IMG/VR virus record: IMGVR_UViG_2681813201_000019
Origin: a virus
Taxonomy: Duplodnaviria; Heunggongvirae; Uroviricota; Caudoviricetes
DNA: 43,972 nt
Reading direction: 5' to 3' (one strand)
The notes under the pieces were generated by a model. That model did no database searches and was not told the DNA's origin. It saw only the letters and a list, made by a program, of their open reading frames with translations. How positions within the stretch are numbered: the stretch's first letter is position 1; each line of letters begins with the position of its first letter. This document shows, piece after piece, positions 9,587 to 18,260 of the stretch. Both the position numbers and the translations under genes were made by a program.

Positions 9587-9812
9587 AACTCTCATTAACA
9601 AAGCACTTGAGCGTTTTTATTTTCGCTTAAGTGCATCAGGCGCTCATGCTGAACGAGCAGCCCGTGACTCATTGACCAGGGCAATCCGGAGTCTGTATGA
9701 CGTGGCTTTTTACGCTGATGATCTGGATGCACTTAACGAACTTTCCGAGCTGATCTGTGCCGCAGAATGCGGGGAACATATTGAACCGTATAAGCTGGGG
9801 AATATTGCATGA
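9570..9812 (+). CDS. Hypothetical early protein
   Basis: 80-aa ORF, overlaps its neighbours by a few bases (operon-like). Confidence 0.4.
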   Translation: MGKEYKTLINKALERFYFRLSASGAHAERAARDSLTRAIRSLYDVAFYADDLDALNELSELICAAECGEHIEPYKLGNIA

Positions 9813-9922
9813 GTATATTTATCTCATGGCTTGTTCTGATTATTTCGGTGGCCTGCGCCATTGGGATTATGCGAATTATTCATTCAGTAAAAAAGATTGA
9901 ACGCTTTTTCACTGGTGAATAA
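9809..9922 (+). CDS. Possible small hydrophobic membrane peptide (37 aa)
   Basis: ATGA start/stop overlap with the previous gene; predicted MSIFISWLVLIISVACAIGIMRIIHSVKKIERFFTGE; too short for the ORF track, read from the text. Confidence 0.3.
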   Translation: MSIFISWLVLIISVACAIGIMRIIHSVKKIERFFTGE

Positions 9923-10015
9923 CGATACAAATAAAGCATCAAATTAAATAAGAAAACGTGAAAACCATCCGTATTAACGGAGGTATTCGCACACGCAAAT
10001 AACGGAGATACAAAA

Positions 10016-10426
10016 ATGCACGCAAAAGAAGAAGGTATCATCAGAGCACTGAAAGAAATTTCAAAGACAGAAAACGAAGTAGCGAAAAAAGCCGTGGCAA
10101 ATGCACATATGGACGTCGCAACCCACACACTGATAGTCGCAAGAGTCACGGCAGAAGCAGCCGAAATTATCGCAAAACAGGATGCTGAACTGGCGGTTCT
10201 CAGAACACAACCAGTCACCGGACTGGATTTGTCTAACACCGGACGCCTTATTTACACAATTGGCTCGGAGCTACAGCGATACACCATTATCGCCGGATTA
10301 CAGGATAAATACCTGATCACTCCTCACCCCATAAGGGAATCAGAAATTCTGACAAATCTCCGCCTGATAGAACGCTCTCAAGTTGTATTCATTGATGACG
10401 CGCAATGTGCCGTATTTAACGCATAG
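10016..10426 (+). CDS. Hypothetical early protein
   Basis: 136-aa ORF. Confidence 0.45.
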   Translation: MHAKEEGIIRALKEISKTENEVAKKAVANAHMDVATHTLIVARVTAEAAEIIAKQDAELAVLRTQPVTGLDLSNTGRLIYTIGSELQRYTIIAGLQDKYLITPHPIRESEILTNLRLIERSQVVFIDDAQCAVFNA

Positions 10427-10449
10427 GGTTACTGGACAAAGGGGGCGCA

Positions 10450-10653
10450 ATGGCAATTAAGCATTTTCCCGTCGTTCGCTTTACCTCCAGAGGGCGCGAA
10501 TACGAGGTCGACGAACGCCTGATTACCACTATCGACAAACATCGTTCGGAAAAGGATGCACACCACATCTACCTCACTGACGGCACTTACTTCTGCGCCA
10601 CCAACGTGGCGCGGGTGAATCTTATCCGACAGGTACAGGAGCCACGCAGATGA
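10450..10653 (+). CDS. Hypothetical early protein
   Basis: 67-aa ORF. Confidence 0.4.
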   Translation: MAIKHFPVVRFTSRGREYEVDERLITTIDKHRSEKDAHHIYLTDGTYFCATNVARVNLIRQVQEPRR

Positions 10654-10916
10654 CCATTCTGGACTACATCGCTACTCATCCGGGGTGTAGCGGCGGAGAG
10701 ATCGCCGCAGCACTGAATACCCCAACCACAGCCATTAATGCTGAGTTACGCCGACTTTGGCGCGGCGGCTTAGTCATCAGAACAAACCGCAGCACAGGTG
10801 GTCGCGCTCGCAAAACAGGAGGCCAGGCTTCTTACCACGTAAACCCGATGCTGTTCGGGTGTAGTAATCCACTTACTCACATGTTTAACCAGCTACTGAA
10901 GGAAGCCAGAGCATGA
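10650..10916 (+). CDS. Small putative DNA-binding protein (winged-helix-like)
   Basis: 88 aa; ILDYIATHPGCSGGEIAAALNTPTTAINAELRRLWRGGLV resembles a winged HTH. Confidence 0.4.
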   Translation: MTILDYIATHPGCSGGEIAAALNTPTTAINAELRRLWRGGLVIRTNRSTGGRARKTGGQASYHVNPMLFGCSNPLTHMFNQLLKEARA

Positions 10917-11212
10917 GCACCATCAACCACCAGAAGCTACGCGAACTGGCATTTGCCCTGCAACGAATGGCAACGCCTCAAAAATTACTGGCATTTCGCG
11001 CAATGCTCTCGCCGTCTGCTGTGCTGGCACTGCTGGATCAGCTGGAGCACGCCAGAACCACTGCTCCAGCCATTCGCCTCACGCTCCATCATGAAATCGC
11101 TGATTTCTGCGCAACGCTGGGGGCACCTGGCGAACCGGAAACGCCGGAAGCAATGCAGCAAGAGCTGCTGCAACGCATCGATAACGTTTTTGATTTTTTT
11201 CTGAACCAGTAA
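10913..11212 (+). CDS. Hypothetical early protein
   Basis: 99-aa ORF, translationally coupled to the previous gene. Confidence 0.4.
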   Translation: MSTINHQKLRELAFALQRMATPQKLLAFRAMLSPSAVLALLDQLEHARTTAPAIRLTLHHEIADFCATLGAPGEPETPEAMQQELLQRIDNVFDFFLNQ

Positions 11213-11534
11213 GAAACCAGAACATGCACACACAAAAAAACCGCTTGCCATGCCTCAATCGGTCAGGTTACATTTCCGCTGCACCTCATAAAACGGGCGC
11301 CGGGATTCTCAACCCGATACAGAGCAAAGCGCATAACCGCGCAAGCGGTTTTTTTGTGCGTACTGTATTGCCACGTCTTTTTCGCGTCAGAATTATGGCG
11401 GGGCGTACGGGGCCGACTTCGGTCGGGCCGGATTCTTTGCTCTCCGGTGTTGAGAACCCTGTACGTCTCGCCACCCCGAGATTCTCAACTCTGGATGGTG
11501 AGTTATTTCTATCACCGAGCAAAGAGGCCACACC

Positions 11535-11765
11535 ATGGCAGACCGCAAACAGCACCGCGCTATCGCGGAGCGTCGTCACATCCAGACTGAAATCAACCGC
11601 AGACTTTCCCGCGCATCACGCGTCGCGCAAATCATGCACATCAATATGCTGCATGAGCGCAGCCACGCACTATCAAACATTTATTCCGCCTCTGTTTTCA
11701 GCTATCTGGCGGATGATCTGCACGAGCTTCAACAGCTCATCCAGCAGCAAAACAAACTCCATTAA
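11535..11765 (+). CDS. Hypothetical small basic protein
   Basis: 76-aa ORF with an AGAGG Shine-Dalgarno upstream; the overlapping 205-aa frame (11224..11841) looks non-coding. Confidence 0.35.
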   Translation: MADRKQHRAIAERRHIQTEINRRLSRASRVAQIMHINMLHERSHALSNIYSASVFSYLADDLHELQQLIQQQNKLH

Positions 11766-11837
11766 TTCCTGTTCCGGGCCTTTCCTGCACCTTGCGGCGG
11801 GAGGCCTTCGCACATCTGTAACAAGAGGATTGCCGCA

Positions 11838-12203
11838 ATGATTCTCGCCAACGACTTTCTTGAATACCTGCTCAACACAGAGCGTGATCTTGCCGCTCGC
11901 GTGCGTGATCGTTATGACATGTACCTGAAATCCCTGCCTGTACCGCAGCTCGCTGACGGAAAGATTGTTATTGATGGTCGCTACATGATTGACAGCCACG
12001 AGGGAAATTACAGGCTTTCCCGCATTGAAGGTGGCACCCCGTCCGTTATTGGCATTTACCAGCGCCCATCCTCTGCAATCGTCGATGTGATTGCCGACAG
12101 CATCCGCATCACACATCGCCATGCCGACACAGAAGACACCGTGCTGGAAATTCAGCGGCTGGCTACAGTCTGCCGCGACACCCTGAATGGCATGACGAAG
12201 TAA
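11838..12203 (+). CDS. Hypothetical protein upstream of the replication gene
   Basis: 121-aa ORF. Confidence 0.45.
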   Translation: MILANDFLEYLLNTERDLAARVRDRYDMYLKSLPVPQLADGKIVIDGRYMIDSHEGNYRLSRIEGGTPSVIGIYQRPSSAIVDVIADSIRITHRHADTEDTVLEIQRLATVCRDTLNGMTK

Positions 12204-12209
12204 ATCACT

Positions 12210-15032
12210 ATGACGGCAGAGTACATCAGGGACTGGCAACAACCGCGCCACGCAGTGGGGCGTGAAGGAACGGGGATCCCCGCTCCTGAATCCGCGCTTT
12301 CCTCCTGGCTGGATGCCTACCGGGTAGAGAACGAGCGCCGCCAGGAAATGGCTGATGCGGCGTTCTCCGCCACGCCGCTGGGCAACCTGATTAATAAAAG
12401 CCTGGACGCACAGGAAAAACAGGACAAAACCATCACACTGGCAGGAGACGCCAGAAAACAGGCACGCGGCGCAGTGGATGAAGCCATGACCTCGCTGCGC
12501 CTGCTGCCGTCCTATCTGCGCGATCCGCTTATTCGCCACCTCTCCTTCCTGCGCAAAAAACAGGAAGCCGATCGCCGGAAAGGCAAAAAGAGCTGGCAGG
12601 CGGAACGCTATGCACGCGGAACCCTGCGCAAAATATTCGAACGTCTGGACCGCACCGATCACCGCTGGCTGACACCGGGTTATCGCTCCCTTGCCGGACG
12701 CGAACGCCTGGACGATTTGCTTTACCTGCCGCAGCTCAACAAACACCAGATACAGACGCTGGCCACCATGACGGCGGCGATGTTCAGCAGCACCTTCGAA
12801 AAACTCTGCGATGGCTTTGGCGCGACTGATGGCGAACTGACCATGGATGTAACGCTGAAGGCGTATCAGATGCTGGCCCGCATGGCGTTACACCTGCACG
12901 CCATGCCTCCACATTATGACGCACTGACAACAGACAAAGACCGGAGGAACGAACCGGACACAGAGCTGCTGCCGGGCGCAATCCTTCGCCTGACCTGTGC
13001 GGAATGGTGGAAACGCAAACTGTGGCTGTTACGTTGCGAGTGGAGAGAAGAACAACTCCGCGCCGCCTGTCTGGTTTCCAGAAAAACATCGCCCTATCTG
13101 AGCCAGGACGCGTTAAGCGAGTTTCGCGCACAGCGCGAGAAAACACGCGATTTCCTGAAAAGTTTCATGCTGGAAAACGAAGACGGGTTCACGATTGATC
13201 TCGAGACAGTGTATTACGCGGGAGTAAGTAACCCGGTTCACCGTAAGGCAGAAATGATGGCCACCATGAAGGGACTGGAACTTCTGGCCGAAGCCCGTGG
13301 CGACAGAGCGGTGTTTCTGACTGTCACCTGCCCGTCAAAATACCACGCAACAACGGAGAACGGTCATCCGAACCCCAAATGGAACGGGGCCACCATGCGC
13401 GACTCCAGCGATTACCTGGTTAACACGTTTTTTGCGGCGGTCCGCAAAAAACTGAACCGCGACGGCCTGCGCTGGTATGGCATCCGCACGGTGGAGCCTC
13501 ACCATGACGGCACCGTGCACTGGCATATGATGGTCTTTGCTCATCCGGAAGAAATCGACAGCATCGTGGCCATCACCCGCGATATTGCCATTCAGGAAGA
13601 CCGCCACGAGCTGGGCAATGATATTACTCCGCGCTTTAAAGTGGAGTATGTCGACGGCTCAAAAGGCACACCAACCAGCTATATCGCGACCTACATCGGG
13701 AAAAACCTGGACAGCCGCGCCGTGGATGGCATCGACCCGAAAACGGGCAAACCACGCGTTGACCACGAAACCGGAAAATCAATGGCCGAGAGCGTGGAGC
13801 GCGCCATCGGTTGGGCACGCCTTCACCGGGTCCGCCAGTTCCAGTTCTTTGGCATCCCCTCCCGTCAGGTGTGGCGTGAACTCCGCCGCCTTGCCAGCCA
13901 GATGGCACGCAACCCGGAAGGCCCGCAACGGCTGAAGGATGACGCAATGGATGCGGTACTCGCTGCCGCTGATGCCGGATGTTTTGCCACCTACATAGAG
14001 AAACAGGGCGGCGTACTTGTTCCACGCAAAGACTACCTGATTCGCACCGCCTACGACCTCGCCGATGAGCTGAACGATTACGGCGAACAGAGTGTACAGA
14101 TTTACGGGATCTGGTCACCACTCATCGGGGAATCCTCCCGTGTGTGCACGCACCCGGATAACTGGAAGCTGGTAAGACGTAAACCGGAACAGGAAGGCAG
14201 CGCCCACGAAAATGGTTTTGACCTTCAGGGCGGCCCTGCCGCCCCTTGGACTCGTGGCAATAACTGTCCCCGTGTACAGGAAACGGACAACAACGGGACA
14301 GAACAGCCGGAAGAACGGCCAGCACCGTGGCCGCAGCTCCCTGACGGCGTTGAAGTGAACGAATGGATGCGCTCACTGAAACGGCACGAACGCCGGGCGC
14401 TGATGCGTTCGCTTCGTGACAAACAGGCAAAAAACAGCAGTGATGAAATGCAGAGCTGGACACAGAGCCGCAAACAGCAGCGGCCTTTGCCTGATAACCA
14501 CGAATTACTCGCTAAAGAATGGCGGGAGTCTGCTGAATCTCTCGGCCTGCATATCGGTGAACAACAGATGCAGCACCTGTTACGGGGCGGCAGTCTGTAC
14601 GTTGACGGCAGCATCATTGCACCGCAGGGGTTTGAAATTGTACGCAAACCGGATACCCGCCCGGACAGCCGAATCACGCAGCTCTGGCAGCGCCTGAGCC
14701 GTAATCACGGCGTAAGCAGCACGGAGATCCGCCATAACCCGGTCGCCAGCTATCTGGCGCAACTGGGGGCATCAGACCCTGAAGCCGCCGCACGCCTGGC
14801 ATCCACACTTCAGCAGGACCAGAACACCATGAAAACACCCGTTACCGTGCTTTCTGACATGCTGCGCGCCATCCGCGACACAGAGCACGCACAGAGAATC
14901 AGTGAAACCACTGAACGCGCCCGCCGCAAAGCAGACCTGCTGCGGGGTGGCCTGACCATTGGAAACAAAAAACAGACAGAAACGGGATTCACAAATCCCG
15001 TAAATGAGCAAAAAACGCGCCGCGATATATGA
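12210..15032 (+). CDS. A: Replication initiation endonuclease, gpA-like (rolling-circle HUH initiator)
   Basis: 940 aa; HUH motif HWHMMVF and tyrosine pair in TSYIATYIGKN typical of the P2 A / phiX174 A superfamily; expected position after the early genes. Confidence 0.85.
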   Translation: MTAEYIRDWQQPRHAVGREGTGIPAPESALSSWLDAYRVENERRQEMADAAFSATPLGNLINKSLDAQEKQDKTITLAGDARKQARGAVDEAMTSLRLLPSYLRDPLIRHLSFLRKKQEADRRKGKKSWQAERYARGTLRKIFERLDRTDHRWLTPGYRSLAGRERLDDLLYLPQLNKHQIQTLATMTAAMFSSTFEKLCDGFGATDGELTMDVTLKAYQMLARMALHLHAMPPHYDALTTDKDRRNEPDTELLPGAILRLTCAEWWKRKLWLLRCEWREEQLRAACLVSRKTSPYLSQDALSEFRAQREKTRDFLKSFMLENEDGFTIDLETVYYAGVSNPVHRKAEMMATMKGLELLAEARGDRAVFLTVTCPSKYHATTENGHPNPKWNGATMRDSSDYLVNTFFAAVRKKLNRDGLRWYGIRTVEPHHDGTVHWHMMVFAHPEEIDSIVAITRDIAIQEDRHELGNDITPRFKVEYVDGSKGTPTSYIATYIGKNLDSRAVDGIDPKTGKPRVDHETGKSMAESVERAIGWARLHRVRQFQFFGIPSRQVWRELRRLASQMARNPEGPQRLKDDAMDAVLAAADAGCFATYIEKQGGVLVPRKDYLIRTAYDLADELNDYGEQSVQIYGIWSPLIGESSRVCTHPDNWKLVRRKPEQEGSAHENGFDLQGGPAAPWTRGNNCPRVQETDNNGTEQPEERPAPWPQLPDGVEVNEWMRSLKRHERRALMRSLRDKQAKNSSDEMQSWTQSRKQQRPLPDNHELLAKEWRESAESLGLHIGEQQMQHLLRGGSLYVDGSIIAPQGFEIVRKPDTRPDSRITQLWQRLSRNHGVSSTEIRHNPVASYLAQLGASDPEAAARLASTLQQDQNTMKTPVTVLSDMLRAIRDTEHAQRISETTERARRKADLLRGGLTIGNKKQTETGFTNPVNEQKTRRDI

Positions 15033-15108
15033 AGCGCGCATAAAACAGGCAAAAACGGGATTTCAGAATCCCGTAAACGATTAATTAATCAACATAAGGA
15101 AAAGCGAC
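14975..15108. promoter_or_regulatory. Two 20-bp palindromes ACGGGATT-N4-AATCCCGT about 70 bp apart, immediately upstream of the parM-like gene (candidate parC/operator)
   Basis: Perfect 8-bp inverted arms with 4-bp spacers at about 14981..15000 and 15053..15072; no T-run, so not typical intrinsic terminators. Confidence 0.4.
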
Positions 15109-16068
15109 ATGAAAATTTGTATCGATGACGGCTCCACCAACATCAAGCTGGCATGGACTGAGAACGGCGAACGCCGCAACGCCATCAGCCCGAACAGCTT
15201 CAAGTCGGAATGGTCTGCGCCGTTCGGTGGCACGCAGCCCGCGAACTACATGCTTGATGGCGTGCGCTATGGTTTTGATCCGGTCAGCGATCGCTTTGTC
15301 CAGACGACCGACACGCAATACCAGTACAGCGATGTGAATGTCATTGCCATTCATCACGCGCTGGTCAAATCAGGCATCACACCACAGGAAGTGGATGTGG
15401 TTGTCACCCTGCCACTGAGCGAATATTTCGACACAAACGCACAGCCGGACATGGCCAACATCAACCGCAAAAAAGCAAACGTCATGCGCCCGGTGGCGTA
15501 CCAGAACGGAAAAGCATTCACTATCCGTAACGTACGGGTTATGCCTGAATCCATTCCGGCTGGTTTTAAAGCACTGGCTGACATGAGTCCGTTTGAATCC
15601 CTGCTGATTGTGGATTTAGGCGGAACCACGCTGGATGTGGCAAAGGTTCAGGGACAACTGGCAGGTATCAGCCAGGTGTTTTGCGATCCACACGTAGGCG
15701 TTTCCCTGATGGCCGATGCCGTACTGTCGGTGATGGCCACTAACGGTATGCGTACCAGTCACCACATCGCCAATACCATTATCGAACATCGCCATGATGA
15801 AGCCTGGCTGCGCCAGCACATCCACAATGACGCGCATTACGACAGCCTGATAGCGGTTATTCGTGAAAAGGAAGAAACACTGAAACAACGCGTGATCCGC
15901 GCGCTGGCGGGTTTTTCGGGTTACGGGCGGGTGATGGTTGTCGGTGGCGGGGCGGAGATTGTGGCACCCGCTATCCGCGAAGCCTGCGGAGTTAATGCGA
16001 CTTTCATCGCGGACGGGGTGCCACAGTTTGCTCTGGTTAATGGGCTGTACGCAATGGACAAGGAGTAA
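15109..16068 (+). CDS. parM: ParM/StbA-like actin-family segregation ATPase
   Basis: 319 aa; N-terminus MKICIDDGSTNIKLAW against R1 ParM MLVFIDDGSTNIKLQW, and similarity continues along the length (YSDVNVIAIHHAL, RRKANVMRPV, LLIVDLGGTTLDV, MVVGGGAE, LVNGLY). Confidence 0.85.
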   Translation: MKICIDDGSTNIKLAWTENGERRNAISPNSFKSEWSAPFGGTQPANYMLDGVRYGFDPVSDRFVQTTDTQYQYSDVNVIAIHHALVKSGITPQEVDVVVTLPLSEYFDTNAQPDMANINRKKANVMRPVAYQNGKAFTIRNVRVMPESIPAGFKALADMSPFESLLIVDLGGTTLDVAKVQGQLAGISQVFCDPHVGVSLMADAVLSVMATNGMRTSHHIANTIIEHRHDEAWLRQHIHNDAHYDSLIAVIREKEETLKQRVIRALAGFSGYGRVMVVGGGAEIVAPAIREACGVNATFIADGVPQFALVNGLYAMDKE

Positions 16069-16072
16069 ACCA

Positions 16073-16384
16073 ATGACGACACCAACCAGACGGATAAGTT
16101 TCTATCTGAAGCCCGCCGCCGTCAAGAACGAAGGCAAAGCATGCGCCTGGCTGGACAGCCTTACACCAGAAGCCCGCAAAAGTGGTCAACGTGTGGCTTT
16201 TCTGGCCGGACTGGCACTTATGAAAATTAATCCGGCAGAGGCTTACCGACTGGCTGCATGGGCTGACGATGAAGCGTTATCCCTGACACAAACCAGGACA
16301 GAACGCCCCGTGTCACAGCCAGCACCAACCGCACAGATAACCAGTCAGATGGCCGGAAATATCCGGGCGTTATTTCCCGAATAA
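16073..16384 (+). CDS. parR: ParR-like centromere-binding protein
   Basis: 103 aa from the internal ATG with AAGGAG Shine-Dalgarno; RRISFYLKP...ACAWLDSL...AFLAGLAL...NIRALFPE parallels R1 ParR (RRTIAFKLNP...VCDTLDSI...AALTAGLAL...ILRSLFPKE). Confidence 0.7.
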   Translation: MTTPTRRISFYLKPAAVKNEGKACAWLDSLTPEARKSGQRVAFLAGLALMKINPAEAYRLAAWADDEALSLTQTRTERPVSQPAPTAQITSQMAGNIRALFPE

Positions 16385-16447
16385 CACAACATCAGGGCGC
16401 ATCCGCCCTGATGACTTTAACCCGGGAACATAAACAAGGGGGACACA

Positions 16448-16780
16448 ATGCAACACATTGACAGAGAAAAAGCGCAGCGACTGATTGAGCGGATGGAAGC
16501 GCTGGCGCAAGAAGAAAATGTCAACATCCAAAAAATAGCTGAATGTGGCCAGATAGTTCTTCGTCGTGAAAAAGACCTCAAACAACTGATGTCTGGCAAA
16601 ACCAGCAAAACATGGGCTTCAGGCGAGGAAACGATTTATTGCAGCTTCTGCAATAAATCCCAGTACGAAGTCACAAAGGTGATTGCTGGACCGTCTGTTT
16701 ACATCTGCAATGAGTGCGTGGATTTGTGCAATGAAATTATCAGGAGAGAAGTGGCAGACAAAAAGGGAAAAAACACATGA
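16448..16780 (+). CDS. ClpX N-terminal zinc-binding-domain (C4 zinc finger) protein, no AAA+ module
   Basis: 110 aa; C-terminal [39 protein letters not shown] nearly matches the ClpX zinc-binding domain ([33 protein letters not shown]); N-terminal half is charged/helical. Confidence 0.75.
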   Translation: MQHIDREKAQRLIERMEALAQEENVNIQKIAECGQIVLRREKDLKQLMSGKTSKTWASGEETIYCSFCNKSQYEVTKVIAGPSVYICNECVDLCNEIIRREVADKKGKNT

Positions 16781-17091
16781 ACAGAAAACAAAAACAAGAG
16801 TTGAAATACTTTTTACGTAAAGAAATTGCCAGGCTTGAAGATGCAGAATCACGATCATCAGAAATTCCGTTCGGAATGGATATCAACGACGCCCGTATGC
16901 TCCAGGCATACCGTATAGCTCAGGCTGCACTACAGGCAAAACCGTCAGATGGACTGGTTAGAGCAGTACGTTTCTATGAACTGGTAAAGCGTGAGAATCC
17001 GCCAACCGAAACCGGAGCATGGAAAGACGCTGTTGACTGGGTGCTCAGAGAAGCTTGCCAGACTGTAAACATTGGTATCAAAGGAGAGTGA
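16777..17091 (+). CDS. Hypothetical protein (104 aa)
   Basis: ORF translationally coupled to the ClpX-ZBD gene; ends ...NIGIKGE. Confidence 0.45.
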   Translation: MNRKQKQELKYFLRKEIARLEDAESRSSEIPFGMDINDARMLQAYRIAQAALQAKPSDGLVRAVRFYELVKRENPPTETGAWKDAVDWVLREACQTVNIGIKGE

Positions 17092-17093
17092 GA

Positions 17094-17585
17094 GTGCAGA
17101 TTTCACCGGTTACTCTTCGTGTTGCGAAGGCATTTATATCCAGACATCACCGACACAATAAACCCCCGGTGGGGCATAAATTCAGCATTGGTCTGAGAAA
17201 TGATGCCGGAGAATTGATAGGTGTGGCGACAGCCGGTCGACCTGTTGCACGACATTTGGATGATGGATTAACGCTTGAAGTAAATCGCACATGTACCACA
17301 GGAGAACGCAACGCTAACAGCGCGCTTTATGGTGCTGTCTGGCGGGCAGCAAAAGCTATGGGTTATCAACGTTGTATTACGTACACCCGGGCAGATGAAT
17401 CAGGAGCATCTCTTCGCGCAGCTGGTTTTGTTCGTGTGAAAGAGCTTCCTCCAAGAAAAAGCTGGGCGGAATCAAGCGTCGCCCTGCGGAGTAAACGCGA
17501 TCCAGTCGGAAACGGTGGTGTTCCTCGTGTGCTCTGGGAAATCAGGAGAATGAGTACCACTGGTATTCGCATCAAAGGAGAGTGA
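17094..17585 (+). CDS. Hypothetical protein, possibly GNAT-fold (GTG start)
   Basis: GTG 7 nt after AAGGAG; C-terminal region ...NANSALYGAVWRAAKAMGYQRCITYTRADESGASLRAAGF weakly resembles an acyl-CoA N-acyltransferase fold; ends ...GIRIKGE. Confidence 0.4.
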   Translation: MQISPVTLRVAKAFISRHHRHNKPPVGHKFSIGLRNDAGELIGVATAGRPVARHLDDGLTLEVNRTCTTGERNANSALYGAVWRAAKAMGYQRCITYTRADESGASLRAAGFVRVKELPPRKSWAESSVALRSKRDPVGNGGVPRVLWEIRRMSTTGIRIKGE

Positions 17586-17586
17586 T

Positions 17587-17850
17587 ATGGCAACTTTGAC
17601 AAAAAAAGAACGGGCATGGTTGAATGAATTACAGGACGTTCTTGATCGCTGCCCATCACCGAAAAAAATTGGTTTTTACACCATTGGCGATAAAAGCATT
17701 TACCTGTATGACCTGCGCCGCATGGATGAAATCATGGAGGCTCTTGATAATCGTTCGTCAATGGATTGGTGTGTTGCTGTTCATGATATGAATGCAGGGT
17801 TTGATGAAAAGATTTTGTTCCCCTCATCAGTTGAAAGCACAGCAGGATAA
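17587..17850 (+). CDS. Hypothetical protein (87 aa)
   Basis: ORF in the same operon. Confidence 0.45.
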   Translation: MATLTKKERAWLNELQDVLDRCPSPKKIGFYTIGDKSIYLYDLRRMDEIMEALDNRSSMDWCVAVHDMNAGFDEKILFPSSVESTAG

Positions 17851-17860
17851 GGACTAACAC

Positions 17861-18121
17861 ATGACAACTTTCACCGACAAAGAACTGATTAAAGAAATCA
17901 AAGAGCGCATAGGCAGCCTGGACGTTCGAGACAATATTGAGCGCCGTGCTTATGAAATTGCACTGGCATCACTGGAAGCAGAGCCAGTAGCATGGATGCA
18001 TGTAAATAACGGCATCGGAATACCAGCAATAACAAGGAGTAAAGAGGTTGCAGAGAGTTGGTTATCAAAAGGCTGGTATGTCCAACCCTTGCATCTAGCC
18101 CAGCCTGCATCAAAGCTATAG
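17861..18121 (+). CDS. Hypothetical protein (86 aa)
   Basis: Last ORF of the cargo operon, followed by a terminator. Confidence 0.45.
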   Translation: MTTFTDKELIKEIKERIGSLDVRDNIERRAYEIALASLEAEPVAWMHVNNGIGIPAITRSKEVAESWLSKGWYVQPLHLAQPASKL

Positions 18122-18130
18122 AAATGAGCC

Positions 18131-18160
18131 AAAACGCCCTCTTCCAGGGCGTTTATTTTA
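18131..18160 (+). terminator. Rho-independent terminator closing the cargo operon
   Basis: Hairpin aaacgccct-cttcc-agggcgttt followed by a T-rich run. Confidence 0.55.
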
Positions 18161-18161
18161 A

Positions 18162-18260
18162 TGCACAATAGTGCACAAATTTGCACAATTTTTTTGAACG
18201 ACTTTTTGCCCTTCCGGCCCCCGTGGCGGCTGGATCCGTCAAGGATCCGTGCGTGCACAA
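18162..18260. repeat. TGCACAA iterons (three copies at 10-bp spacing plus a fourth) and a GGATCCGT tandem pair in the cos-proximal region
   Basis: atGCACAAtagtGCACAAatttGCACAAttttttt at about 18162..18188; gGATCCGTcaaGGATCCGTgcgTGCACAAaaaaa at about 18231..18260. Confidence 0.4.

Noticed and set aside
11224-11841. 205-aa ORF across the repeat-rich region
   Set aside because: Low-complexity translation overlapping a region of inverted repeats and a better small ORF (11535..11765) in another frame
11673-12746. 357-aa minus-strand ORF antisense to the start of the replication gene, with further antisense ORFs at 13636..14121, 14225..14677 and 14772..15041
   Set aside because: They lie wholly within or opposite the well-supported gpA-like gene, and their translations are low-complexity Arg/Cys/Gly-rich: typical shadow ORFs in GC-rich coding DNA
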